A stretch of DNA of 64,000 bases from Alphaproteobacteria bacterium (lineage in GTDB: Bacteria > Pseudomonadota > Alphaproteobacteria > UBA828): positions 491,891 to 555,890 of the forward strand of contig OZ241738.1 of assembly GCA_965200925.1 (NCBI GenBank), read 5' to 3'. A program made the translations under genes and the position numbers. Under the pieces are notes generated by a model. That model searched no databases, was not told the origin of the DNA, and was given only the letters and a program-made list of their open reading frames with translations. Of the stretch, positions 36,322 to 46,708 are shown one piece after another (the first letter of the stretch is position 1; each line of letters starts with the position of its first letter).

Positions 36322-37986
36322 ATGAGCGAGGACGGCGCCGCCTACCGCGTGCTCGCGCGCAAGCACAGGCCGGCCGACTTCGCCGGGCTCATCGGCCAGG
36401 AGCCGCTCGTGCGCACGCTCGGCAACGCGATCACGACGGACCGCCTGGCCCATGCCTACCTGCTGACCGGCGTGCGCGGCGTCGGCAAGACCTCCACGGC
36501 GCGGATCATCGCCCGCGCGCTCAATTGCGTCGGCCCGGACGGCCAGGGCGGCCCCACGCCGGAGCCGTGCGGGGCCTGCGAACACTGCGTCGCCATCGCC
36601 GGGGACCGCCACGCGGACGTGATCGAGATGGACGCCGCCTCGCGCACCGGCGTCGACGACGTGCGCGAGCTCATCGAGAGCGTGCGCTACCGCCCGGTGT
36701 CCGCGCGCTACAAGGTGTACATCGTCGACGAAGTGCACATGCTCTCGAAGCAGGCGTTCAACGCGCTCCTCAAGACCCTCGAAGAGCCGCCGGCGCACGT
36801 CAAATTCGTGTTCGCGACCACCGAGGCGCGCCGGCTGCCGGTCACCGTCCTGTCGCGCTGCCAGCGTTTCGACCTGCGCCGGGTGGAGATGGAGACGCTC
36901 ACGGCGCATCTCGCGCGAATCGCCGCCGCCGAAGGCGCGGAAGCGGAGCCGGCGGCGCTCGCCCTGATCGCCCGCGCGGCCGACGGCTCGGTGCGGGACG
37001 GCCTTTCCCTGCTCGACCAGGCGATGTCCCACGCCGGGGCGCGGATTTCCGAAGCGGACGTCCAGGCCATGTTGGGGCTGGCCGACCGGACCCGCCTGTT
37101 CGACCTGTTCGACATGCTGATGCGCGGCGCCCTCAAGGACGCGCTGGAGTGCTTCGCGGAACTCCACGACGCCGGCGCGGAACCCTCGGTCCTGTTGCAG
37201 GACATGCTGGAGCTCTGCCACTGGCTGACCCGGCTGAAGCTGGCGCCCGCCGCGGCCGACGACCCGGCGGTCCCGGAGGCTGAGCGCGCGCGCGGCCGCG
37301 TGATGGCCGAGGCGTTGACCGTCCCGGTGCTGACGCTGACCTGGCAGATGCTGCTCAAGGGGCTGGAGGAGACCAACCAGGCCGCGCGCCCCGCCCTGGC
37401 GGCGGAGATGACCCTGGTGCGGATCGCCTATGCCGCCGATCTGCCGAGCCCGGCCGAGGCCCTCCGCGCCCTCGGCCCCGGCGGCGCGCCGGCGTCCGGC
37501 GAGGCCCCCCGCGCCGCACCCCGCGGCAGCGCCGCCGCCGCGCCAGCGCCCGCGGCGGTGCCCGCGGCGGCCGCCCCCGCGCCGCGCAGGCCGTCTCCGG
37601 CGTCGCTCGAGGAGATCGCGGCGCTGGCCGAAACCCACCGGGAGCCGACCTTGGGCGCGTGGCTGAAGACGGAAGTGCGCCCCGTCCGCGTCGCCGCCGG
37701 GACCCTCGAAATCGATTGCGGCCCGGCGCCGAACCGGAAGATGCTGGCCCTGCTCCAGAGCAGGCTCGAGGCCTGGACCGGCGCACGCTGGATGATCGCG
37801 CTGACGGACGCCGGCGGCGGGGCCACCCTCGCGGAGCAGGCACAGGCGGCGGCGGATGCGGCGGACGAAGCGGCGAAAGGCCATCCGCTGGTGCGCGAGA
37901 TCCTCGAGGCATTCCCCGGCGCCCGCGTGCGGGCGGTGCAGCGGGCGTCGGGGAGCGGCGCGGTCGAAGGAGACCCCTCGCCATGA
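36322..37986 (+). CDS. dnaX: DNA polymerase III subunits gamma/tau
   Basis: YRVLARKHRPADFAGLIGQEPLVRTLGNAI...LLTGVRGVGKTSTARIIARALNC and zinc-binding CGACEHC. Confidence 0.9.
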   Translation: MSEDGAAYRVLARKHRPADFAGLIGQEPLVRTLGNAITTDRLAHAYLLTGVRGVGKTSTARIIARALNCVGPDGQGGPTPEPCGACEHCVAIAGDRHADVIEMDAASRTGVDDVRELIESVRYRPVSARYKVYIVDEVHMLSKQAFNALLKTLEEPPAHVKFVFATTEARRLPVTVLSRCQRFDLRRVEMETLTAHLARIAAAEGAEAEPAALALIARAADGSVRDGLSLLDQAMSHAGARISEADVQAMLGLADRTRLFDLFDMLMRGALKDALECFAELHDAGAEPSVLLQDMLELCHWLTRLKLAPAAADDPAVPEAERARGRVMAEALTVPVLTLTWQMLLKGLEETNQAARPALAAEMTLVRIAYAADLPSPAEALRALGPGGAPASGEAPRAAPRGSAAAAPAPAAVPAAAAPAPRRPSPASLEEIAALAETHREPTLGAWLKTEVRPVRVAAGTLEIDCGPAPNRKMLALLQSRLEAWTGARWMIALTDAGGGATLAEQAQAAADAADEAAKGHPLVREILEAFPGARVRAVQRASGSGAVEGDPSP

Positions 37987-38306
37987 AGAACATCGGCCAG
38001 ATGCTGAAGCAGGCCCAGGCCATGCAGTCCCGCATGGCCGAATTGCAGGAGAGCCTGGGCGCGCTCGAGGTCGAAGGCTCCGCCGGCGGCGGCATGGTCC
38101 GGGTGACGCTGACGGGCAAGGGCGAGATGCGCCGGCTCGCGATCGATCCCGCGCTCTTCTCCGGCGGCGAGAAGGAGGTGCTGGAGGATCTGATCGTCGC
38201 CGCCTTCAACGACGGCAAGGCCAAGGTGGAGCGGCTGGTCCAGGAGAAGATGGCGGAGGTCACGGGCGGCCTCAAGCTGCCGCCCGGCCTCGATCTCGGC
38301 TTGTGA
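37983..38306 (+). CDS. ybaB: Nucleoid-associated protein YbaB/EbfC
   Basis: [25 protein letters not shown]...VTLTGKGEM; 107 aa; ATG overlaps the dnaX stop. Confidence 0.9.
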   Translation: MKNIGQMLKQAQAMQSRMAELQESLGALEVEGSAGGGMVRVTLTGKGEMRRLAIDPALFSGGEKEVLEDLIVAAFNDGKAKVERLVQEKMAEVTGGLKLPPGLDLGL

Positions 38307-38340
38307 CGGCGGGAAGCGCGCGGCCGAAGGTCCGCCTCCG

Positions 38341-38940
38341 GTGACCGCGGGCGCGGCGGTCGAGCGGCTGATCGAATATCTCGGCAGGCTCCCGGGCCTC
38401 GGCCCGAGGTCGGCGCGCCGCGCCGCGCTGCACCTGCTGGAGCGCCGCGAATCGCATCTGGAGCCGCTCCTGGCCGTGCTCGCGGCCGCGGCGGAGAGCG
38501 TCCGCCCCTGCGCCACCTGCGGCAATCTCGATGCCGCCGACCCCTGCGCGATCTGCGCCGATCCGGAACGCGACCGCGCGACCATCTGCGTGGTCGAACA
38601 GGTCGCCGACCTGTGGGCGCTGGAGCGCACGCGGACCTTTCGCGGCGGCTACCACGTGCTGGGGGGGCTGCTCTCGGCCCTGGACGGAATCGGGCCGGAC
38701 GATCTGGCGATCGCCGGGCTGGTCGCGCGCGCCGGCGCGCCGGAGGTCACGGAGATCATCCTCGCGACCGGTGCCACGGTCGACGGGCAGACCACCGCGC
38801 ATTACCTGACCGATCGCCTCGCCGGCAGCGGCGCCGCAGTCTCCCGTCTCGCGCACGGCCTGCCGGTCGGCGGCGAGATCGACTATCTCGACGACGGCAC
38901 GTTGACCGCCGCGCTCAAGGCGCGCCGCCGCATCGCGTGA
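38341..38940 (+). CDS. recR: Recombination protein RecR
   Basis: [24 protein letters not shown] (HhH). C4 zinc finger [16 protein letters not shown]. Toprim region [10 protein letters not shown]. Confidence 0.9.
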   Translation: MTAGAAVERLIEYLGRLPGLGPRSARRAALHLLERRESHLEPLLAVLAAAAESVRPCATCGNLDAADPCAICADPERDRATICVVEQVADLWALERTRTFRGGYHVLGGLLSALDGIGPDDLAIAGLVARAGAPEVTEIILATGATVDGQTTAHYLTDRLAGSGAAVSRLAHGLPVGGEIDYLDDGTLTAALKARRRIA

Positions 38941-38946
38941 GCGGCC

Positions 38947-39909
38947 GTGGCTCGCGCGGGCGGAACGACGGCAGGCGCGCCGAAGAGCGCCGGGCGCCTG
39001 GAACGGGTGCTGCGCACGGGCGGCTTCGCCCTCACCGCGGAGACGGGGCCGCCCGATTCCGCCGACCCGGCCGCCGTCCTCGCCCGCGCCGGGTGCCTGG
39101 AGGGCCTGGTCGACGCCGTGAACGTGCTCGACGGCGCCGGCGCGCGGGCGCATCTCTCGCCGCTGGCGACCGCCGCCATCCTGGCGCGGGCCGGCATCGA
39201 GCCGGTGCTCCAGTTCACCATGCGGGACCGCAACCGCCTGGCGCTCCAGGCCGACGCGCTGGGCGCTGCCGCGCTCGGCGTCCACAACCTGCTCTGCCTG
39301 ACGGGGGATCCGCCGGAGGCCGGCGACGAGCCGGCGGCGAAGCCGGTATTCGACCTCACCGCCGGCGCCTTCATGACGCTCGTCCGCGCCATGCGCGACG
39401 AGGCGGTGCTGCCGGGCGGGCGGGCGCTCGAAGCCGCGCCGCGCCTGCTGATCGGCGGTGCGGACGCGCCTCGCGAGCCGCCCGCCGGCGCGGCGCCGTC
39501 CGGCCTGCTGGCGAAAATCGAGGCCGGCGCGGATTTCTTCCAGACCCAGTTCTGCTTCGACCTCGCCATGCTCAGGCGCTACCTCGCGTGGCTCGGGGAT
39601 TTCGGAATCCCCGCCCGCGCGCCCATCCTCGTCGGCATCGGGCCTCTGCGCTCGGCGCGCGCCGCCCGCTGGATGAACGCGAATCTCTACGGTGTGCACG
39701 TCCCCGATTCCGTCGTCCGCCGCCTGGACCGCGCCGGGGATGCGCGGGCCGAAGGGATCCGCATCTGCGTCGAGCTGCTGGAGGAGCTGCGCACGATCGA
39801 GGGAGTCGCCGGTGCGCACCTGATGGCGCCCCACGGCGAACGCGCGATCGCCGAAGCCATCGCCGAATCGGGCCTCCGTCGCGCCCGTTCGCCCGACGGC
39901 ACCGGATGA
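38947..39909 (+). CDS. Methylenetetrahydrofolate reductase-family protein
   Basis: TIM-barrel MTHFR-like motifs LQFTMRDRNR, LCLTGDPP, ADFFQTQFCFD. Confidence 0.65.
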   Translation: MARAGGTTAGAPKSAGRLERVLRTGGFALTAETGPPDSADPAAVLARAGCLEGLVDAVNVLDGAGARAHLSPLATAAILARAGIEPVLQFTMRDRNRLALQADALGAAALGVHNLLCLTGDPPEAGDEPAAKPVFDLTAGAFMTLVRAMRDEAVLPGGRALEAAPRLLIGGADAPREPPAGAAPSGLLAKIEAGADFFQTQFCFDLAMLRRYLAWLGDFGIPARAPILVGIGPLRSARAARWMNANLYGVHVPDSVVRRLDRAGDARAEGIRICVELLEELRTIEGVAGAHLMAPHGERAIAEAIAESGLRRARSPDGTG

Positions 39910-39990
39910 CGGCACCCGGCGGCGTTGCGGGGCAATTCGCTTTCGGCCACGATGCGGGCCAACGAAACGCAACCCGGAGGGGAGGGAGAG

Positions 39991-40443
39991 ATGGCCGTCA
40001 CGCGAGCGAAGGTCGTCGCCAAGGTCGGGGCGGCGGCGGACCGCGTCTGGAACGAGATCGCGCCGTTCAACAACCTGACCGCGATCATGCCGGACGCGAT
40101 CTCGAAGAGCACCCTCGACGACAAGGGCGTGGTGCGGGCGCTCAAGATCAGGGGGCGGCGGGGCACGCTCTACGAGCGCCTGCTGAAATACGACTCGACG
40201 ACGCGCGTGACGCGCTACGAGATCATCGACGACCCGGATGACCTCGTGCCCTTCACCGACTACACCGCCACCATCCGGGTCAAGCCCGCCTCGGTGCGCA
40301 GTTGCACGGTCGAATGGTCCAGCCGCTTCGTGCCGAAATCCGGGCGGACGAAGGCCGAATGCGTCGAGTTCGCCGAAGGCATCTACAACGCCGGCATCGA
40401 GGGAACCAAGCAGGTGCTCGGCCTCCGCAAGGGCGGCGCATAG
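39991..40443 (+). CDS. SRPBCC-family (Bet v1-like/polyketide cyclase-like) protein
   Basis: 150 aa; AADRVWNEIAPFNNLTAIMP...; strong SD ggaggggagggagag. Confidence 0.55.
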   Translation: MAVTRAKVVAKVGAAADRVWNEIAPFNNLTAIMPDAISKSTLDDKGVVRALKIRGRRGTLYERLLKYDSTTRVTRYEIIDDPDDLVPFTDYTATIRVKPASVRSCTVEWSSRFVPKSGRTKAECVEFAEGIYNAGIEGTKQVLGLRKGGA

Positions 40444-40466
40444 CCCGCGTTCTCCGGCCACGCGGC

Positions 40467-41212
40467 TCACGCCTCCGGCGGATAGACGACCGCCTCCAGA
40501 TAGAGGCCGCAGGCGGGCGCCGTCGGCCCGCAGCGGTTGCGGTCGCAGGCGCTGAGCGCGGCGCCCACGTCGGCGAGTGTCCGCCGCCCTTCGCCCACCT
40601 GCGCCAGCGTCCCCGCCATCGCGCGCACCTGGTGCTGGAGGAAGGAGCGCGCCCGGGCGCGGAGCGTGATCTCGGCGCCGTCGCGGGCGACGACGAGGCT
40701 GTCGAGGGTGCGAACCGGCGAGGCCGCCTGGCAACGCGCGGCCCGGAAGGTCGTGAAGTCGTGGGTGCCTTCCAGCAGGCGGGCGGCTTCGGCCATCGCG
40801 CCCTCGTCGAGCCGGCGCGGGAGATGCCAGGCGCGGCCGCGGGCGAGGGCGAGCGGCGCCTTGCGGTCGATGATCCGGTAGCGATAGACCCGCGCCGTCG
40901 CGTCGCGCCGGGCGTCGAAGGCGTCCGCCGCGCGGGCCGCGGCGAGGACGGCCACCGGCGCCGGCCTGAGATGCGCGTTCACCGCGTCGCGCAGCACCTC
41001 GGGGGCGACGGGGCGCGCCAAGTCGAAATGGCAGCACTGGCCCAGGGCATGGACGCCGGAATCGGTGCGCCCGGCCCCGTGCACCCGCGTCCGCGCACCG
41101 CAGAAGCCCGCGACCGCCCGTTCCAGCGCTTCCTGTACCGAGCGGCCGTTCCCCTGGTGCTGCCAGCCGACGAAGCCGCCGCCGTCATATTCGACGATCA
41201 GCCTGTAGCGGG
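40467..41212 (-). CDS. truA: tRNA pseudouridine(38-40) synthase
   Basis: [19 protein letters not shown]...[16 protein letters not shown] (catalytic Asp). Confidence 0.85.
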
Positions 41213-42145
41213 GCACGGCAGGCGCGTTCCCGGCGCGATGGGGCGGCCGCGAAGGAAGGCGTCCGCCTCCAGCGGCGCCTTGCCGGCCCGCTGGAGGCGC
41301 GTCGGGCGGAGCGCCGAGCCCGCGCCGCAGGCGACGGTCGGCGCCGCGTCGAGGACCGTTCCCGGCGGTGCCGGGCCGGCCGCCGGCACCGCTTTCGCCG
41401 CCAGGAGCTTGATGCGTTCGCCGCCATGGGCGAACCAGGCGCCGGGCGCGGGCGCCAGCGCGCGCACCAGGCGCTCGATGCGCGAAGCCGGCGCGCGCCA
41501 GTCGATGGCGGCCTCGCGCTTCTCGATCTTCGCGGCGTAGGTGGCGCCGTCCGCCGGTTGCGGCGTGGCGGGCAGCGCGCCCGCGGCGAGCCCGTCCAGC
41601 GCGGCGCGGAGCAGGCGCGCCGAGAGCGCGGCGAGGGCGTCGTGCAGCGCGCCCGCCGTCGCGGCCGGCCCGATGGGCACCCGCTCCGCCAGCAGGACGG
41701 GGCCGGTGTCGAGGCCCTCGTCCATGCGCATGATGGTGACGCCGGTTTCCGTATCGCCCGCCATGATCGCGCGCTGGATCGGCGCCGCCCCGCGCCAGCG
41801 CGGCAGCAGCGAGGCGTGGGCGTTGACGAAGCCCAGCCGGGGCGCGGCCAGCCACGTCGGCGGCAGGATCAGGCCGTAGGCGACCGTCACCCCGAGATCG
41901 CAGCCGAGCGCGGCCAGCGCGGCCCCCGCGTCCGCACCGTCCAGGTGCCGGGGGGTCTCGACCGGGACGCCGGCGGCTTCGGCGCGCAACGCGACCGGCG
42001 TGGGCCGCGGACGGTGCCCGCGCCCGGCCGCGCGCGCGGGCTGCGTATAGACCCGCGCCACCTCGTGGCGGCTCGCCAGCAGGGCGTCGAGCGTCGGCAC
42101 GGCATAGGCCGGCGTCCCCATGAACGCCAGCCGCAGGCGCGTCAT
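41198..42145 (-). CDS. fmt: Methionyl-tRNA formyltransferase
   Basis: [40 protein letters not shown]...[17 protein letters not shown]. Confidence 0.9.
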   Translation of the reverse strand: MTRLRLAFMGTPAYAVPTLDALLASRHEVARVYTQPARAAGRGHRPRPTPVALRAEAAGVPVETPRHLDGADAGAALAALGCDLGVTVAYGLILPPTWLAAPRLGFVNAHASLLPRWRGAAPIQRAIMAGDTETGVTIMRMDEGLDTGPVLLAERVPIGPAATAGALHDALAALSARLLRAALDGLAAGALPATPQPADGATYAAKIEKREAAIDWRAPASRIERLVRALAPAPGAWFAHGGERIKLLAAKAVPAAGPAPPGTVLDAAPTVACGAGSALRPTRLQRAGKAPLEADAFLRGRPIAPGTRLPCPATG

Positions 42146-42153
42146 CGCGGTGC

Positions 42154-42672
42154 TTACGCGCCCGCGGCGGCGCGGCGCGCCTTGGCCATCTTGCGCAGGA
42201 TGAGGCCGCGCCGGGCCAGCGAGAGGCGGTCCACGAACAGCATCCCGTCCAGATGGTCGATCTCGTGTTGCAGGCAGACGGCGAGCATGTCCGCGGCTTG
42301 CAGTTCGCGGGGCGCGCCGGTCTCGTCGAGATAGGCGACCGTCACCGCCGCCGGCCGCTCCACGTCGGCGTAGTGGTCGGGGAAGGAGAGGCAGCCCTCC
42401 GGGCGGCGGAGCCGCTCCTCGGAACGCCAGCGGATCGCGGGGTTGACCAGCTTGAGCGGTGCCGGTGCTGCGCCGGGCGGTTGCACGTCGGCGACGATGC
42501 AGCGCCTGCGCTCGCCGATCTGGATGGCGGCCAAGCCGATCCCCGCGGAGTCGTACATGGTCTCGAGCATGTCGTCGAGCAGCGCGCGGATCGCGTCGTC
42601 GACGACGGCGACCGGCGCGGAGCGTGCTTTCAGCCGCCGGTCGGGCGCGAGAATGATCGGGCGTACGGCCAT
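42154..42672 (-). CDS. def: Peptide deformylase
   Basis: [27 protein letters not shown] motifs. Confidence 0.9.
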   Translation of the reverse strand: MAVRPIILAPDRRLKARSAPVAVVDDAIRALLDDMLETMYDSAGIGLAAIQIGERRRCIVADVQPPGAAPAPLKLVNPAIRWRSEERLRRPEGCLSFPDHYADVERPAAVTVAYLDETGAPRELQAADMLAVCLQHEIDHLDGMLFVDRLSLARRGLILRKMAKARRAAAGA

Positions 42673-42736
42673 CGGTTCGGTCGGGGAACGAAGCGTGCTA
42701 GGTATGACGGCCCGTTCGGGAGGTCAAGCGCCGCCG

Positions 42737-43825
42737 ATGGAGCACATGGCCTTGGCGGCCGTCCTCGCCGTCGCGCTCGCCGCGGCCGTCGCCCTGCCGC
42801 TGCGCCGCGGGCGCCGCGAGCGGGCGGAGACGGACGCCGGGATGGCGCGGCTGGCCGACTCCCTCCGCGCCGGCCAGGGCGAGATGGAGAAGCGCCTCCG
42901 CGACGATCAGAACGCCCTCGCCAAGCGCTTGCACGACCAGGAGCTCGCCCTCACCAAGACTCTGGGCGCCGGCCTCGACTCCGCTACCAAGCGCACGCTG
43001 GAGACGATGGCGCGCCTCGAAGGGCGGCTCGCCGTGATCGACAAGGCGCAGGAAAACATCGTGGCGCTTTCCAGCCAGATGGTGAGCCTTCAGGACATCC
43101 TCGCCAACAAGCAGGCGCGCGGTGCCTTCGGCGAAATCCAGCTGGCCGACCTGGTGCGCCAGGTCCTCCCGCCTTCGGCCTACCGCCTCCAGGCGACGCT
43201 TTCCGACGGCCGCCGCGCCGACTGCCTGTTGACGCTCCCGAACCCGCCGGGCGCCATCGCCATCGACGCGAAGTTCCCGCTGGAGAGCTACCACGCGCTG
43301 CGCGAGGCCGGGAGCGACGACGCGCGCAAGGCGGCGGCGCGCACCTTCCGCGCGGCGATACTCACCCATATCCGCCACATCGCGGGGCGCTACGTGATCG
43401 TGGGCGAAACGGCCGACGCCGCGCTCATGTTCCTGCCCTCGGAGGCGGTCTATGCCGAGCTGCACGGGAACTTCCCCGACGCCGTCCAGGAATCGCACCG
43501 GGCGCGGGTCTTCATCGTCTCGCCCACCACCCTGTGGGCGACGCTGAACACCGTCCGCGCCGTCCTCAAGGACGTGGAGATGCGCGAGCAGGCCGGCCTG
43601 ATCCAGCGCCATGTCCGTTCCCTGATGGGCGACGTGGGCCGCCTCGACGACCGCGTCGCCAAGCTCGACCGCCATTTCGGGCAGGCCACGGAGGACATCC
43701 GTCAGATCCAGATCTCGACGCAGAAGGTGACGCGCGGCGCGGAAAAGATCGACTCGCTCGAGCTCGATCAGGACTCGCCGCCGGCGGTGCCGCCCGCCGG
43801 CCCGGACGTGCCGTCCCGCCCGTAA
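42737..43825 (+). CDS. rmuC: DNA recombination protein RmuC
   Basis: N-terminal TM helix. Coiled coil. RGAFGEIQLADLV...PDCLLTLPNPPGAIAIDAKFPLESY is the RmuC signature. Confidence 0.85.
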   Translation: MEHMALAAVLAVALAAAVALPLRRGRRERAETDAGMARLADSLRAGQGEMEKRLRDDQNALAKRLHDQELALTKTLGAGLDSATKRTLETMARLEGRLAVIDKAQENIVALSSQMVSLQDILANKQARGAFGEIQLADLVRQVLPPSAYRLQATLSDGRRADCLLTLPNPPGAIAIDAKFPLESYHALREAGSDDARKAAARTFRAAILTHIRHIAGRYVIVGETADAALMFLPSEAVYAELHGNFPDAVQESHRARVFIVSPTTLWATLNTVRAVLKDVEMREQAGLIQRHVRSLMGDVGRLDDRVAKLDRHFGQATEDIRQIQISTQKVTRGAEKIDSLELDQDSPPAVPPAGPDVPSRP

Positions 43826-43839
43826 CGCGGCCGGACGGA

Positions 43840-44808
43840 TCAACGGTCGGCGCGGGGGCGGATCTCTTCGGCGAAGCCGGTCATGGCGTCGAGGGTTTCC
43901 TCGATGGTGGGGCGGAGGAACTGGAGCACCAGGTGGCGGACGCCCAGGCCGCGCAGGGCCTGGATGTCGCCGGCGATGTCGTCGGCCGCGCCGGAGAGCA
44001 GCATGCGCTCCCCCGTCTCCGCCTTCACGGGCTCTTCGCTCGCACCGTACCAGACGGCCCAGTAGGCGAGGTCGATGGTGGCCGGGTCGCGGCCCTCCTT
44101 CTCCGCCATGGCCCGCAGGTCGTCGAGCGAGGCGGCGAAGCGGCCCAGCGTGTCCAGGGGGAAACGCGGGTTGCAACCGATCGGGAACCAAGCGTCGCCG
44201 TGGCGCACCGCGCGGCGCCTGGCCGGCTTGCTCTCGCCGCCCACCCAGATCGGCGGATGCGGCTTCTGCACCGGCTTCGGATGGAAGAGGATGTCGTCGA
44301 ACGAGGCGAACTCCCCGGCGTAGCGCGGGTCGTCCGCCGTCCACAGCTCCTTGTAGATCGCGAGATACTCGTCGGTGGCGCGGCCGCGGGCCTCGAAGGG
44401 CGGCGCGCCGACGGGCGGGAATTCCTCGGCCATCCAGCCGGCGCCGACGCCGACCACGACGCGCCCGCGCGACAGCAGGTCGATGGTGGAAAGGAGCTTG
44501 GCCGTGAGCACCGGCTGGCGGTAGGGAACCACCATCACCGAGGTGAGCAGACGCGCCTGCCGCGTGATCCCGGCGAGATGGGCCATCAAGGCGATCGGCT
44601 CCAGGCACTCGCCGGCCAGCAGCGTCGGGAAGTTGAGCTTCCCGTCCGGGGAGTAGGGGTAGGGCGAGGCGATGCCCTTGGGCACGATGATGTGGTCCGG
44701 AATCGCGAGCAGGCGGTAGCCGAGCGCCTCGCCGCGTTCGGCGATGGTCGCGATATGCTCGGGCACGGCGAGCGGGCCGCCGTTCGGCACGTTGAAGCCG
44801 TATTCCAT
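43840..44808 (-). CDS. LLM-class (luciferase-like) flavin/F420-dependent oxidoreductase
   Basis: MEYGFNVPNGGPLA...PIWVGGESKPARRRAVRHGDAWFP; SD ggaggacgacg before ATG 44808. Confidence 0.75.
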   Translation of the reverse strand: MEYGFNVPNGGPLAVPEHIATIAERGEALGYRLLAIPDHIIVPKGIASPYPYSPDGKLNFPTLLAGECLEPIALMAHLAGITRQARLLTSVMVVPYRQPVLTAKLLSTIDLLSRGRVVVGVGAGWMAEEFPPVGAPPFEARGRATDEYLAIYKELWTADDPRYAGEFASFDDILFHPKPVQKPHPPIWVGGESKPARRRAVRHGDAWFPIGCNPRFPLDTLGRFAASLDDLRAMAEKEGRDPATIDLAYWAVWYGASEEPVKAETGERMLLSGAADDIAGDIQALRGLGVRHLVLQFLRPTIEETLDAMTGFAEEIRPRADR

Positions 44809-44899
44809 CGTCGTCCTCCCGCGGGGCTGGTGGGCGGCGACGGTTTTACGCGGCGCCCGGCCGTTTCGCAAACGCCGGGGCCGGTCGAAGGAGGGAGCC

Positions 44900-45748
44900 A
44901 TGGAAGGGAAGGTCTGCGTCGTCACCGGCGCCACCGCCGGGATCGGCCGCGTCACGGCGGAGGTGCTGGCCGGCAAGGGCGCGGCAGTCGTCCTCGTCGG
45001 GCGCAACGAACCCAAGGGCGCGGCCGCCCTCGACGCCATCCGGCGGGCGACCGGGAACGGGCGGCTCCGCTTCGAGAAGGCCGATCTTTCCAGCCAAGCC
45101 GAGATCCGGGCGCTGGCGGGGCGGCTCGGCGCGCGGTTCGACGCCATCGACGTCCTCGTCAACAACGCCGGCGCCCTGTTCACCCGCCGGCAGGAGAGCG
45201 CGGACGGCATCGAGATGACCTTCGCGCTGAACCATCTGGGCTACTTCCTGTTGACCGGGCTTCTCCTGGACCGCCTGCGGGCGAGCGCGGCGGCGCGCAT
45301 CGTCAACGTCGCCTCCGGGGCCCATCGCGGGGCGCGAATCGAGCTGGACGACCCGCAAGGGACGCAGCGTTACGGCGGCTGGCGCGCCTACAAGTGGAGC
45401 AAGCTCGCCAACGTCCTGTTCACCTACCGGCTGGCGGCGCTGCTGGCGGGGACGCCGATCACGGCGAATTGCCTCCATCCGGGCTTCGTCGCCAGCCGGT
45501 TCGGGCACGAGAACGGCGGCCTCTTCGCGGCGGTGCTGAAGGTCGCGCAGCGGCTCTTCGCCATCGACGAGGCGGCAGGCGCGCGCACCGGCATCCATCT
45601 CGCGACCGCCCCGGAGGTGGCGGCGGTGACGGGCCGCTATTTCGACCGCTGCCGCGAAGCCGAAAGCGCGCCCGCCTCCCGCGACGAAGCCGCCGCCCGC
45701 CGCCTGTGGGCGCTCAGCGAGTCGCTGACCGGCTGCCGCTATCCGTGA
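44900..45748 (+). CDS. SDR-family oxidoreductase
   Basis: VTGATAGIGRVTAEVLA (TGxxxGxG), NNAG, and YKWSK (YxxxK). Confidence 0.8.
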   Translation: MEGKVCVVTGATAGIGRVTAEVLAGKGAAVVLVGRNEPKGAAALDAIRRATGNGRLRFEKADLSSQAEIRALAGRLGARFDAIDVLVNNAGALFTRRQESADGIEMTFALNHLGYFLLTGLLLDRLRASAAARIVNVASGAHRGARIELDDPQGTQRYGGWRAYKWSKLANVLFTYRLAALLAGTPITANCLHPGFVASRFGHENGGLFAAVLKVAQRLFAIDEAAGARTGIHLATAPEVAAVTGRYFDRCREAESAPASRDEAAARRLWALSESLTGCRYP

Positions 45749-45763
45749 GGCCACCCGCCGGCG

Positions 45764-46708
45764 TCACTCCCCGATCTCGCGCGCGGCCCGTCCGAGATCG
45801 GCGGCCAGGGCCATGAGGCGGCGGTCGCGCCAAGCCTGGCGGGCGCCGAGATCGGCGAGGGGCAGACGGGCGCGGCGCTCCCCGTGCGCCTTGGCGACCG
45901 CGGCCTCCGACAGGGGGCGCGCCGGCTCGCCCTGCTTCACCATTTCGTAGAAGCCTTCGCCCAGGCGGGCGGCGAAATCGGCCAGGCCGCCGGGGGCGTT
46001 CAGGTCGATGGTCTCGAACGGGCCGATGAAGGCCCAGCGGCGGCCGAGCCCGGCCGCGATCACGGTGTCGATGTCGGCGGCCGTGGCGTAGCCGCCTTCG
46101 AGGAGGCGGAAGGCCTCCCAGAGAAGCGCGGCCTGGAGCCGGTTGGCGATAAAGCCGTCGATCTCCCGCGCGAGCATGACGGGCGCCATGCCGACCGCCG
46201 CCATCAGCTCCCGGCAATACGCCACGGCTTGGGCGTTCGTGTGCGGTGCCGGCGCGATCTCCACCAGCGGGATCACGTAGGGCGGGTTGATCGGGTGGGC
46301 GATCAGGGCGCGTTCCCCGATGGCGAGCCCCTCCGTGAAGACCGACGACGGAATCCCTGAGGAGGAGGAGCCGACGACGAGCGCCGGGTCGGCGAGCCCG
46401 TCGATCGCGGCGTAGACCTGCCGCTTCACGTCTGCCCGTTCGAAGACGCTTTCCTGGGCGTAGGCGGCGCCCTCCAGCGCGTCTTCGAGCCCGGAGGCGA
46501 CGCGGATGCGGGCGCGGGTGGCGGCCGGGTCCGCGATCAGGCCGTGGGTTTCGAGCGCCGCGAGATTGATCTCGATGCGCGCGAGCGCCGCTTCGCACTG
46601 GCCTTCGGCGTCGTCATACAGCGCGACCTGCCGGCCGGCGCGGGCGAAGACGATCGCCCAGGCGCTGCCGACCAGCCCGGCGCCCAGGATCGCGATCTTG
46701 TCCGGCAT
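45764..46708 (-). CDS. 3-hydroxyacyl-CoA dehydrogenase family (carnitine/3-hydroxybutyryl-CoA dehydrogenase-like)
   Basis: KIAILGAGLVGSAWAIVFARAG NAD-binding N-terminus and conserved C-terminal domain. Confidence 0.8.
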   Translation of the reverse strand: MPDKIAILGAGLVGSAWAIVFARAGRQVALYDDAEGQCEAALARIEINLAALETHGLIADPAATRARIRVASGLEDALEGAAYAQESVFERADVKRQVYAAIDGLADPALVVGSSSSGIPSSVFTEGLAIGERALIAHPINPPYVIPLVEIAPAPHTNAQAVAYCRELMAAVGMAPVMLAREIDGFIANRLQAALLWEAFRLLEGGYATAADIDTVIAAGLGRRWAFIGPFETIDLNAPGGLADFAARLGEGFYEMVKQGEPARPLSEAAVAKAHGERRARLPLADLGARQAWRDRRLMALAADLGRAAREIGE